The notes beneath the pieces are model-generated. The model was not told the origin of the DNA and did no database searches. It saw only the letters and a list, made by a program, of their open reading frames with translations. A stretch of 64,000 bases of DNA, taken from positions 186,001 through 250,000 of the forward strand of contig OZ251233.1 in the NCBI GenBank assembly GCA_965240325.2, in the 5' to 3' direction. Each line of letters begins with the position of its first letter. Position 1 is the first letter of the stretch. Shown here in pieces: positions 38,771 to 49,845 of the stretch. The position numbers and the translations under genes were made by a program. The stretch comes from Rebecca billardiae RCC1528 (lineage: Eukaryota; Protista; Haptophyta).

Positions 38771-39581
38771 CGCGCCCGGCGGCGGCGCGTCGGCCGGAGC
38801 TGCCGCCTCTGCGCCGCAGCAGTGGGCGAACGGCTACCACCAGTCGCCCTCGGAGTCACACGCGTATGCGGCGGCGGGCGGCGGCGCGTACGGCGGCGTG
38901 GTCGTCTCTCCTGCTCAGCCTGTGCCGCCGCACCACCAGCACCAGCCGCCGCCGCCGCTGCCGGCGACGCAGCCGCCCGCCCAGCCGCCGAGTGCGTACA
39001 TCTGCGGCGCGCAGCAGGTGCCCTCTTGCCCGCAGCAGCAGGCGCCGCAGCAGCAGGCGCCGCAGCAGCAGGCGCCGCAGCAGCAGATGCCGCAGCACCA
39101 CCGGCAGCTCTTCCAGCCGCCCATGCCGCACGCAGCCGCGCCCCCGCAGACCGCACCCTCCGCGTGGGGCGAGCCGCCAGCGGCGCAGCAGCGGTCGCAC
39201 GGGCCTGCGCACGCGGGCCCTGGCCCCGGCGCGGCCGAGGGCGCCGAGGGCGCGCCGCCCGCGCCGCCGGGCCAGCGCCCCGCCGACGCGGCCGACGAGC
39301 GCGGCGGCGCGCCGCCCGCGGCGCCCACGCCCCCTCCGCCCGAGCCGTGCCCCAACACTCCCAACAGCGACGGCTCGGGCGTGGGCCCGGCCGCGGTGGG
39401 GGCCTCTCTCTTCCTCCGGCCGCTGCCGCCCGCCAAGCAACACCCCGCCGGCCCCGCGCGGCCCGAGACCGTCTCCCAGTTTGTGACGCTGTTCCAGCAC
39501 GTGGGCTGGCTGCTCGCCTTTGTCGCGGTCGAGCTCGAGCTCGAGGCGCGCGGCGCGGCGCACGGGCCGCCCTGCACCGAC

Positions 39582-39612
<31 letters not shown>

Positions 39613-41827
39613 CCGAGGCGCGCGCGCGCACGCTCGGCCAGGGCGACTCCCTGCTTGCCGTCTCGGCGCTGCAGGCGTTTGTCGGCGCGCACCTGCAAGG
39701 CTGGGCGCTCGACGTGCGCTCGGCGGTGCGCGAGGGCGTGCTCGAGGCGGTCTGGGTCCGGCCGGGGACCCCCGGGCTCAGCGGCGGCGGCGCGGAGGGC
39801 GACGCGCCGGTGGAGGCGGTGCGCGTGGCGCGCGCGCTCGAGCCCGGCGTGTCCTGGCGCGCGGCGCTCCCGCCCGACGCGGCGGCGGACCAGTTCGGCG
39901 GCGACGCGTCCGAGGGCGCGGTGCTGCGCCGCCTCTTTGGGGACGTGCCCCGGCTTGTGGCGCACCTCACGCAGCGATACCGCCTGCGCGCGCTGGGCGG
40001 CGGCGCGGCCGGCGGCGGAGGCGGCGCGGAGGCGGGCGGCGCGCTGCCCGCTGACGCCATCCCGAAGGGCAGTCTGTTCAACAGCGCGAAGGGGCTCGCG
40101 CCGCACGTGCGGCTCGACATTGAGAGCTGCGTGCGGGTGCGCGCGTCGCGCGCACGCCGCGCGCCACGCGCCGCTGGGCAGCCGGAGGCGGCGAGTGGGC
40201 TGTGGGCTGGCTGCGCCGCTGCGCCGGCTGCGCGCGCAAGCTGGTCGCGAGCTGGGCGGCGGCGCGGACGCGCGCACGGTAGCACCGGGCGCTGTCTGAG
40301 CGTGCCGCCCGCGCGCGAGGAGGCGAGGCGGCGTGGCGCGCCGCGCCCGCCGCGGCTGACCACGCGCGCCGCGCGCGCCCCCGCCGCGCCGCGCGCGTCC
40401 GCGCGCAGGCGGGCCTGGTCGAGCTGGGAGGGCAGCGGCCGTGCGAGTGGGCGCGCGTGCCGCGCCGGCTGCTGGCGGCAGCCCCAGGCAGCATGCCGCG
40501 CGCGCAGGCGAGCACGTGGGCGGGGCCGGGCGGGGGCGGCGGGGGCGGCCGCGGCGGCGGCGGCGCGGCGCCCTCGCCCGCCGGCGCCTCGCCGCCCGCC
40601 GACGGCGGCCGCCCCGCCTCGGCGAGCGCCGGCGGCGCGGGCGGCGCTTCGGGCGCGCCCGCGCCGGGCGGCGCGACCGAGCCGGCGGACGCGTCACCCG
40701 CCGGGGCGTTTGCGCACGTCGCCACCGGCTCGGAGCACCAGCTGCGCAAGCTGCGCGACATCTTCGGCGACCTGCCCACGCTCGTGCGCTTCCTCGCGAT
40801 GCAGACGCGCTGCCAGCAGGTGCTGTGCGGCACTGCGCCAAGCGCGCGCGGCAGCCATGCTGTGCCGCTGCGCGCGCGCGTGTGCGGGCAGCGCGCACTT
40901 CGGGCTCGGCGCCGCGGCCCCTCCGCGCGCACCGCGCGCTCACGCCATCCGCGCCGCGCGGCGCCCCGCGCCCCTCCGCGCGTGCCACGGCGCGCGACCC
41001 ACCCCACCGCCCGCCCGCCCGCCCGGCGCCCCGCGCGCCTCGGCGCCCCGCCCCATCGCGCGCCGCCCCTGCCGCGCCGCCCCTGCCGCGCCGCCGCGCC
41101 AGTCGGGCTCTGAGATGGCGCGCGCGCTGATGCAGAACCTCGAGATGCCGCCCGAGGGCGTGCTGCTCTCGCTGCTCGCCAAGTTCGTCGCGGACTTCGT
41201 GCCCAAGGTGCGGCTCGACGTGCCCCGCGCCGCCGAGCTCGGCCTCGTCACGATCCACGGCTCCAAGCCGCATGCCGAGTGGGTGCTGCCCGCGGGCGCG
41301 CCGGCGACGCGCGCCGCGGCCGCGCGCGGCCGGCGCGCGCGTCCCGCGTACGGCAAGCACATCCCGATCTCCCGGCTCTTCTCGGCGAACCCGACGCAGA
41401 TGGCGTGGCTCAAGGACGTGTTCGGCGACGTGTCGTCGCTCTTCGAGTTCCTGCTGATCGAGGTGAAGGTGAAGGGCACGCTGCCATCCTCCGTGCCCGC
41501 GCACGCGGTGCCCAAGGGCAAGCTGATCAACTTCTGCACGCTCTCGCACGTGCACTTCGACTTTGAGAACGCCGTGCGCTCGTCGCTCGTCGTGCTCGGC
41601 GGGCGCAACCCGTACGAGTGGGTGCGGGTGAGCGCGGGCGCGCGCGCGCGCGGAGGCAGGGGCCCCAACGCCCGCCGCCGGCGCGCAGCCGCAAGGCTGC
41701 GCTTGCGGTCGACTCGTCACCGCTGACCTCACCCGCCGCCGCGCGCGCGCCCGGCGCACAGGTGGCACCCGCGTCGGCCGAAGGCTCGCCGGCCGTCGGC
41801 GAGGCGCAGCTGCGCACGAGCGCGTAG
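37085..41827 (+). CDS. NYN-domain (MARF1/Limkain-b1-like) protein with Q/P-rich linker and four C-terminal helical repeats
   Basis: VGIFWDVESCP, IALYAY and VLLCGD NYN motifs. Exons 37085-37381, 37674-40136, 40409-40819, 41103-41627, 41762-41827, all with GT-AG introns that keep the frame. Confidence 0.8.
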
Positions 41828-43398
41828 CTCGGCGCCGCGCCTGCGCCCGCCCTGCTGACGGTGCCTCCTGCTGCCGAGCAGGCCGCGGCTGCGCACCCAG
41901 CCCGCGGCCTCATCGCGGCCGCCAGCGCCGACCGGAGGCGGAGCCGCGGCCGCGCGGCGCGCGTGCTGCGCTGGTGTCCACCCATCTCGCCGGTGGTTTG
42001 CTCTCGCTTTTCAAGATGTTGCTGCCCTTTTTTTATTTTCTGGATCGTGTGTTGGGCTCCCATTGATTGTGCTCGTTTTGGGCCTTGCCCGCTGAGGCCG
42101 GCGCGACGGTCAGCGGGGCCGGCGACGGCGCGCGTGCAGCCGCGTGGCTGCACGCTGGCGCTCGCTGCCCCGCGCCCACGACCGCGGCGACCGCCTGGCC
42201 CGCAGCAGTCTACGTTCTCATGCAGCGAGGCCGTCATCGGTCTCCGTGTTTGTACTTGTCCCCTGCTACGCTTCTTTCCTCTTGAGTCTTTGTCCACCGA
42301 TTGTCGAGCAGCTGGCGCGCGCCACGCTGCTCTCGAGTCAGCGCGTCGTGTCCCACTCCCAGGCATCCGGACTGTGTCGAATGGACGAATGACGCGGTCG
42401 TATTGACGCGCTGCTGGAGTGCGGCCTGCTGACGATGACCAAGGCGCCGCTGACGACGGCGACGACTCCTACTGCGAGTGCGACCGCCGCCCGCCGTACT
42501 CGTGCGCCTACTAACAGCAATAATATATTATATAATAAGACTATACTCATCACGACACTGAGTTATATATTATTATTATTCTATCATATTATGATGGCTA
42601 CTATATTATAACTTATTAGTCGTCATCGTCCTGCTGTGATTCAGTCCGCACAGTATAGTACTCAGTCGTAGTAATACGGTCGGTCGTCACACCATCATTC
42701 AGATACGTCGCGTATAGCTGACTACAGCATCGCATATCGCCATCAGGCCCATCGGCCATGAGCATCGTCGTCATTCGTCGATCATCATCAGCGTGACAGC
42801 CACTCACAGCGTCATCGTCATATCCGATATCATCGCGCGATATATACAGGCAATCGCGGGCAATAAGAAGTCAGAGATCTCACTACGGCTAGTCTCGGTT
42901 TCTTAGCCGTTCGGTAGCCCGAGCGCCTACGGAGTCTCAGTTTCTGCTTAGCTAGGTCCGCCCGCCGCGCAGGCGCGGGGGGCGCAGGGGGGCAGAGGCC
43001 CCCGCTGACTGTCTTTACTGGCCCGGCCGGCGAGGCCGAAGAAAATGTTGGGCCATTTTGGAGCAAATCTGGCATGATGTTGCATGGATGCTGCGGTGCA
43101 CTGGCCAGGAGTCAGTCCGATCAGGAGAAGTCGGGACTTGGTCTTGGCCAGTACTTGTAGTCGGGCCGCGCACCGCGTCCCACGGGCACTGCGCCTCGGG
43201 CTGCCTCGGCGGACCACTCATCTCGTCATCGGCCGCGGGCGACGTAATAATAGTCCCGGTTTCTTAGTGTGACTATGCGTATAGCGAACCAGCCAATCGC
43301 TATAGTCTCTGTTTGAGTACACTGTTTCTAGGCCAGATCGTCCGCAGATAGCAAGCCCCAGTTTCTTAACTACGTGACAGCTCCTTATTACTATGCTA

Positions 43399-45429
43399 GT
43401 TAGTCGGATAGAATATCACTGCTAGTCCTCAGCTGGCAAACTACCGCGCGCGCGCGCGCGCGCGCCTAAGTTCCCGCTCCCCCCACTGCGTCCTTGCTTT
43501 AATGTGCGGCCCCCGACCGGAACGAGTGTGGGGGCGGACGCCCGGGCCTTTCAGCCCGAGCGCCCTTGTTATTGTTAGTGGCTTTGCCTCCGCCATCTCC
43601 TTACGCGAGCAAGCAGAAAGCAGAGGCTCACCGCGAGACGAGGTTCATCAACGTTTGTACATTTGACCTCGGCTTCGCGGGAGTGGTCGATTGGTGAGCC
43701 CAATGTTTGTTCAAGCAAGTTACAGTGTCTCTGAACTTGTGGGCGGTCTAGTCTTGATATTGATGTTGATGCCGAACCAGCAATGTTCCATCCGATGATT
43801 CGTCCGCTTTCTTTGGGGCAGAGTCGGACTCCATGGTCACCGCTGAAGTAAGCGATAGTATATGCTTGTTCGTCATTGTCTTTTGCCAGGGACCCACTGA
43901 CTGTGGATACCTTGGGCAACAGACAACGATTCCCCAATTGTCGTCGGTCCGTTGGTTAACAAGGATGGTTGTTGAAGCCGTTTTCATTGGCTTCAACAGG
44001 CTCGGCTTGCTCGCCGGAAAAGAAGCACCGCTGCCCTGTTTATTCGGGTTGATGGAATCCCGTAACAACGAAAATAAATGCGGGCGGGCGGGTGGGCGGG
44101 AAAGAGCTTTGATTCCTGTGGAAGGAGGCGACCCTTGCTCGACTTGCGCCGAGCCCTCCTCCACAAGAGCTGCCAACCCCCTCCTTCGAAGCGCGACGCA
44201 AACACGTGCTCTTCGACGGGCTTGAGCCCAAGATGCGCCGGCGCGAGGCGCAAACCTGCGCCCGTCCACGCTCCGCGCCAGGGGCGCGGCGCAGGAGGCG
44301 CGCCCGGCCGCAAGACTTCGCCGCAGGACGAAATGGCTGCCACTCGGTGTGGCGACCGTCGATAGGTCGCCTCTGCCCGCTGCTCGGGGGCCGCACCCGG
44401 CCACGGTCCTCGTGCGGCGTGTGATCCTCGTGTGTCGCACGAGCCTCTGCCTTCGTGGGCTCCGCGTTTGGTCCCGGCTCCGCCTGTCCTCTCCCTTCTG
44501 CACTGGCGCGCGCGCGCGCGCGCGGCGGCGATGACTGATCGTACTTCACACTCTTCCTGTCGCGCGACAGTGTACCTCTGCATCATACGTATTGCCCGTA
44601 CGGCTGCATCCGTGTACGTTTGTACGTCCTGGATGTTCCATTTGCCAGCTACCTCTCTCCGAGGCCTCACGCGTTCGGCTGCCTACTGGGCCCTTGGCTG
44701 CCAGCTACGATCCGAATGGTGTCTCTCCTTGCGCCCGCGCGCGGCGCGCGCGGCGCCGCCAACTCTGGTGAGAGCCTCCGCCTGGATCCTGCCTTACTGC
44801 CGGCCTCTACCGGCCGTCAATGGCCATGTTGCCAAGGGCCGCCGACGGTTGGCCCGACTAAAGTTCTCGTTAGACACTGTGGTCTAAGAGGGGTTAGTCG
44901 GATAGAATAACACTGCTAGTCCTCAGCTGGCAAACTACCGCGCGCGCGCGCGCGCGCGCCTAAGTTCCCGCTCCCCCCACTGCGTCCTTGCTTTAATGTG
45001 CGGCCCCCGACCGGAACGAGTGTGGGGGCGGACGCCCGGGCCTTTCAGCCCGAGCGCCCTTGTTATTGTTAGTGGCTTTGCCTCCGCCATCTCCTTACGC
45101 GAGCAAGCAGAAAGCAGAGGCTCACCGCGAGACGAGGTTCATCAACGTTTGTACATTTGACCTCGGCTTCGCGGGAGTGGTCGATTGGTGAGCCCAATGT
45201 TTGTTCAAGCAAGTTACAGTGTCTCTGAACTTGTGGGCGGTCTAGTCTTGATATTGATGTTGATGCCGAACCAGCAATGTTCCATCCGATGATTCGTCCG
45301 CTTTCTTTGGGGCAGAGTCGGACTCCATGGTCACCGCTGAAGTAAGCGATAGTATATGCTTGTTCGTCATTGTCTTTTGCCAGGGACCCACTGACTGTGG
45401 ATACCTTGGGCAACAGACAACGATTCCCC
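43399..45429. repeat. 537-bp near-identical direct repeats (43399-43935 and 44893-45429) around a 957-bp spacer
   Basis: Offset 1494; essentially identical apart from the first ~20 bp; no TG...CA termini. Confidence 0.93.
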
Positions 45430-45607
45430 CAAACCGGATGGACCGGAGCGACACACTGCTAAGTATCACTGTGTCGGTCGGTTCTTCCATATCGGACCAG
45501 CAACAACTATCGCTAGCCAGGGCTTCTGACCGCACTGTCCAGTTTATCCCCCACATGTAGAGCGGACGGACCGATGGTGGTCATCGATGGAAAAACTACT
45601 CACAATA

Positions 45608-48463
45608 TGATGTTTATTCCGCCTTACCAGTTCCCCGGTCACGCAGGGGCTTATCACAGTGTCCCTGCGGACGTCGTCAGCAGCGTCGTCCGTGCGGACG
45701 AGCGGGCGGTGCGGGAGTCGTCCCACACAGGTCACAAGTCAATGTCAAGAGCAAACGGCGGCCACCAGTAAACTGATAGGCCGGTCGTTAGACCAATAGC
45801 GCCGGGGGAAAACGTATATACGTAACCGGCGGCTTGCGTTCGCCTGCGGGCAGCGGCGAAAGCAATAGGATTAGGGGCCGAGCGCGCTCGTGCCGGTTCA
45901 GGGAGGGCAGGTACGACAGCGAGTAGTACCTGGTACTCGACCTCTCCTGGCGGTTGGATCCAAGCGCCTGGAAAGGAAAAGAAACCGTGCACGGAGGAAA
46001 TTCGGGATTAATACAACACCCCCCCTCGACATCATGCCGAAGGCGGCGGAGGTGGTGGAACAGCATGCAGTATCGCCACGACGTGTTTCAGAAAAGTACT
46101 CGTCGCGGTAGCCTTGGTCATGATGTCGGACCGGTTGTCGTCGGTCGACACCTTCTGGATCAGCACGGCGCCGTCGGCTTGCGCGCGCCGCGTGAAATGG
46201 TACTTCACGTCAATGTGCTTGGTGCGCTTGTGGTGCACCGGGTTGTTCGTCAAATCGATCGTGCCCTGGTTATCCTCGTAGATCACCGTCGTGGGCTCCA
46301 CGACCGGCTCGTTCAAAAACGTGACCAGGTCGCGCAGGTAGATCACCTCGCGGCAGCACTCGCTCAGCGCGATGTACTCCGCCTCGCACGTAGACAACGC
46401 GACCACGCTCTGCAGTCCGCTGTGCCACGAGATCGGGACCCCGTTGTACATAACAAGGTATCCCGTCGTAGAACGTCGATCTTCACGATCGTTCGCCCAG
46501 TCCGAGTCCGCGTACGCCACCAAATCAGGGTGTTGTGCGTGCGTCGCGTGCCGGAAGAGGATGCCGCGCCGACGCGTGCCGAGCAAGTATCGGAGCGTGC
46601 GCTTCGCGGCGGTCAAGTCGTAGAGCCGGGGATTGGACATCCGGCGTGCCAGCATGTTCACGGCGTGCGCGATGTCGGGGCGACACGTCGTCATGCAGTA
46701 CATGAGGGCACCGGTCATCTCCTGGTAGTGCTGGCGGTCAGCGCGCAGCAGGAGGGCTTGCAGCGGGCGGGGGATCTCGCGCGTCTCGCTGCACTCGGGG
46801 GTCGGTGGGTGGCGCTCTCCACTCAGGTGAAAGCGCTCGCACACATCACCGATGTACTGGTTCAGGTGGGTAAAAAGTCCGTCCACCGTGGTCTCAAATT
46901 CGGCGCCAAGGAACTTGCTCAGGCAGTCCGCGCCCTGCATCTCGTAGTGCGTCAGCAACGCCGTCATCAGCGCGTCCAACGCGTTCTTGTCCTTCGAGAT
47001 GTTCATCATCAGCAGATCGTCGACAAAGTGACCGACGAACACGTAGCCGCCATCGACTGCCTTCGAGTAGATGCACGGCGCGCTCGGGCACGGCTCGAAC
47101 CCATGTTCGAGCAAACACTTACGCAAGTGTAGGTACCACACGCGCCCAGTCTGGCGCATGCCAGGGAGCGCCTTCACAACAGCCTGCACCGTCTGCGCGG
47201 CGGGTCTGCTCCGCCTCGCTCGGTCTCGTCGCATCGGGTCGTAGTCGCGCGGCAGCTCGGGCGCCGCGGACTCACCAGCTCGTGCGTCGTCATCGCCTCC
47301 GGCGTCATCGCCGTCGGCGCTCGGTTGCGCAGCTTCGCTCGCTGCGCCCCCGTCGTCATGAGCAGCAGCGCCGCCGTCATCGGCCGCGCCGTCCTCAATC
47401 TCAAAATGCTCGTCGCCCTCGCCGGTGAGCTCGCCGTCAGCGGCGTCCCCCAGCTCAGTCTCGGGCTCGGCATTGTCATCGCTGGCCGCGAATGGAGTGT
47501 GCCTCCCCTCGACCAGCGACCGCTCATCAATGATGTACACGTCCTTTGAGTGTATCACCTGCTGCTGCCCGTCATCGAGCAGCACCTCGCGCCCCGTCCA
47601 GCTGTCCTCTCGTGAGGATGGTCGGGGCGCTCGCAGCATCGGTCTCAGCGGATGCCGTGAAGGGTAGGCATCGTTGCCACTCCCATCATCATCGAGCTCG
47701 TGCTCGACGTTGTCGATCACGGGGACCGTCCAGGCCCCCGCCGCGGTGTCGTCACCGCAAGTGCCACACGCGGGCACGTCAATGCTTGCGCGGTTCGTAC
47801 CGCGCGCGCAGCCGCCCTGCAGGCGGAGGACATTCGAGGTTGCGTAACGGATGTCCTTCTGGTAGTCACCGAACTCGTACACCACGCCGTGCGTGGGCAT
47901 CTGGTTCGTCAGCGCGCTTTCACTCGGCTGCTCGATGCAGAGCGCGCTGCACGCGAGCATCATTGCCCGCGCGTTCGTCGCGACACCCGCGGCGCTGCGA
48001 CCGGCTGGATGGGCCATGCCCGGCGGTCCGTGGTTTCACACGTTTGAGCTCATGATGTTTATTCCGCCTTACCAGTTCCCCGGTCACGCAGGGGCTTATC
48101 ACAGTGTCCCTGCGGACGTCGTCAGCAGCGTCGTCCGTGCGGACGAGCGGGCGGTGCGGGAGTCGTCCCACACAGGTCACAAGTCAATGTCAAGAGCAAA
48201 CGGCGGCCACCAGTAAACTGATAGGCCGGTCGTTAGACCAATAGCGCCGGGGGAAAACGTATATACGTAACCGGCGGCTTGCGTTCGCCTGCGGGCAGCG
48301 GCGAAAGCAATAGGATTAGGGGCCGAGCGCGCTCGTGCCGGTTCAGGGAGGGCAGGTACGACAGCGAGTAGTACCTGGTACTCGACCTCTCCTGGCGGTT
48401 GGATCCAAGCGCCTGGAAAGGAAAAGAAATCGTGCACGGAGGAAATTCGGGATTAATACAACA
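45608..48463 (-). mobile_element. Ty1/Copia LTR retrotransposon, internally deleted, recent
   Basis: 411-bp LTRs 45608-46018 and 48053-48463 (TG...CA, one visible mismatch); TSD CAATA at 45603-45607 and 48464-48468; G-rich PPT adjacent to 46018. Confidence 0.96.
46032..48017 (-). CDS. Deleted Copia polyprotein (partial RT plus RNase H)
   Basis: KALPGMRQTGRVW, FVDDLL, TCRPDIAHAV, AYADSDWA..DRRSTTGY and KRTKHIDVKYHF. Protease, integrase core and the RT N-terminus are missing. Confidence 0.9.
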   Translation of the reverse strand: MAHPAGRSAAGVATNARAMMLACSALCIEQPSESALTNQMPTHGVVYEFGDYQKDIRYATSNVLRLQGGCARGTNRASIDVPACGTCGDDTAAGAWTVPVIDNVEHELDDDGSGNDAYPSRHPLRPMLRAPRPSSREDSWTGREVLLDDGQQQVIHSKDVYIIDERSLVEGRHTPFAASDDNAEPETELGDAADGELTGEGDEHFEIEDGAADDGGAAAHDDGGAASEAAQPSADGDDAGGDDDARAGESAAPELPRDYDPMRRDRARRSRPAAQTVQAVVKALPGMRQTGRVWYLHLRKCLLEHGFEPCPSAPCIYSKAVDGGYVFVGHFVDDLLMMNISKDKNALDALMTALLTHYEMQGADCLSKFLGAEFETTVDGLFTHLNQYIGDVCERFHLSGERHPPTPECSETREIPRPLQALLLRADRQHYQEMTGALMYCMTTCRPDIAHAVNMLARRMSNPRLYDLTAAKRTLRYLLGTRRRGILFRHATHAQHPDLVAYADSDWANDREDRRSTTGYLVMYNGVPISWHSGLQSVVALSTCEAEYIALSECCREVIYLRDLVTFLNEPVVEPTTVIYEDNQGTIDLTNNPVHHKRTKHIDVKYHFTRRAQADGAVLIQKVSTDDNRSDIMTKATATSTFLKHVVAILHAVPPPPPPSA

Positions 48464-48886
48464 CAATATTCGGCCGCACACTGCTAGTTCCCGCCTGAGT
48501 TGGGCTCCTGGTTCGATCACTCTCCCAAACAATAACAATATAGATTGTATGTCTACTGGCATGCGATTTGTGCATCCGGTAGTACAAAGTACCTGTGCGA
48601 GCAGGGCAAGGGGGGGGGGGGGGGGGATGCACATTCTCCGTCAGCACGAATGACTGTCATCGTTTGACAAAATGCACAACACAACTACTGTTTAACACTA
48701 GCGACCACTGCTGTCCCGCCACTCGACGCACTGTAAGGAACGGTCAATGAGTCATATGTGAATAAATGCATTAATTAATTAAATATATATATTTATGATC
48801 GTGTGTATAACTCGACAAGTGGGCTTGCTTCCAGCCTTGGCGTGGTCGGTTGCATCCGAATCGCAATGTCTGACCAGTGCCTAGCC

Positions 48887-49447
48887 TTAGCCGAGTGCTT
48901 TGGCCATTCGAGCACATAATTGGCCTCGCCGCAAAGCCTGAGACGAGTAGGATCGCCACACGCCCGAATGCCACCTGCCAATAAGCTTGCAGTCGTCCTC
49001 CGTCAATTTGGCCGACTCTGCCAGCCATAACCCTGTACGCCGCCATGTATGTGTCCCGAGGGCCGTACCCCCCAACCCCAGGGAGACTCCGAGGGCGTGT
49101 GCCCACCCTAGCGCCTCCTCATATGGTAGGGGGCAGCCTCTTGACTTGGCTGAACTAAAGACTGGCCCCGACGGTACCTCACCTCGTCGGAGGCGTGAGC
49201 GACTGTACTGCCACCAATCTCGCAGTGCCCGCACCGGGCAGCACACCCCTGAAGTGTTGGTGAGCTTAGGTAGCCAGACGCCCACTGGCTCGCGCTGTCG
49301 TTTGCCACGGTGTAGAATGATAAATATCCCTTTTCCCGTTGTGTCCCAAAGCACGTCGTCCCAGTGTATGATTCTGGTACCCTGTCCCACAGCAGAGTGT
49401 CCCCCTGCAGAGAAATGTTCAGACCGCAGTAGCCCGAATGTCGCCAC
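48887..49447 (-). pseudogene. Tyrosine recombinase catalytic domain of DIRS/Ngaro type, 5'-truncated
   Basis: FGLLRS (R), RGK (K), CCPVRAL, GTHTWRR (HxxR), GRWHS..RSY (W, Y). In-frame stop shortly upstream; no N-terminal binding domain. Confidence 0.85.
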
Positions 49448-49845
49448 ATTGGTGCGCTCGGGACAACTTCAGGTTCTTTAGGGGGTTTGCGACTGTCGTC
49501 GGTCGGATCTCGGAGATGAGACCAGATCTTCCATCGGCGAACTTTGGAAACCTCGACATTGTTCGCCCAGGTGGCCTGGCCCGGGACGGGCCAATCGCGT
49601 TGGGGCTTCGCCTTCGAGAGAGCTCATTGGTTCGCGAACTGAGCGTTTCATCACGGCCTTCGCCCAGTTTTGAGTTTTCTTCTCGTCGCAGCTCTCGGAG
49701 GGCTACCGCAACCGACGACGCCACCGAGCGGGGGGGCTTTGCTGGCCGTCCGACACAAGCCATCAGCCGACGACGGGCGCACTGCCCACAGCGCCGTCCG
49801 CCTCGCCCCCCTCCCCCACATTCTGCACACGCGTGCGCACCGGCG

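Noticed and set aside
43399-45429. 537-bp repeats as LTRs of a TRIM
   Set aside because: No TG...CA ends, PBS, PPT or TSD found.
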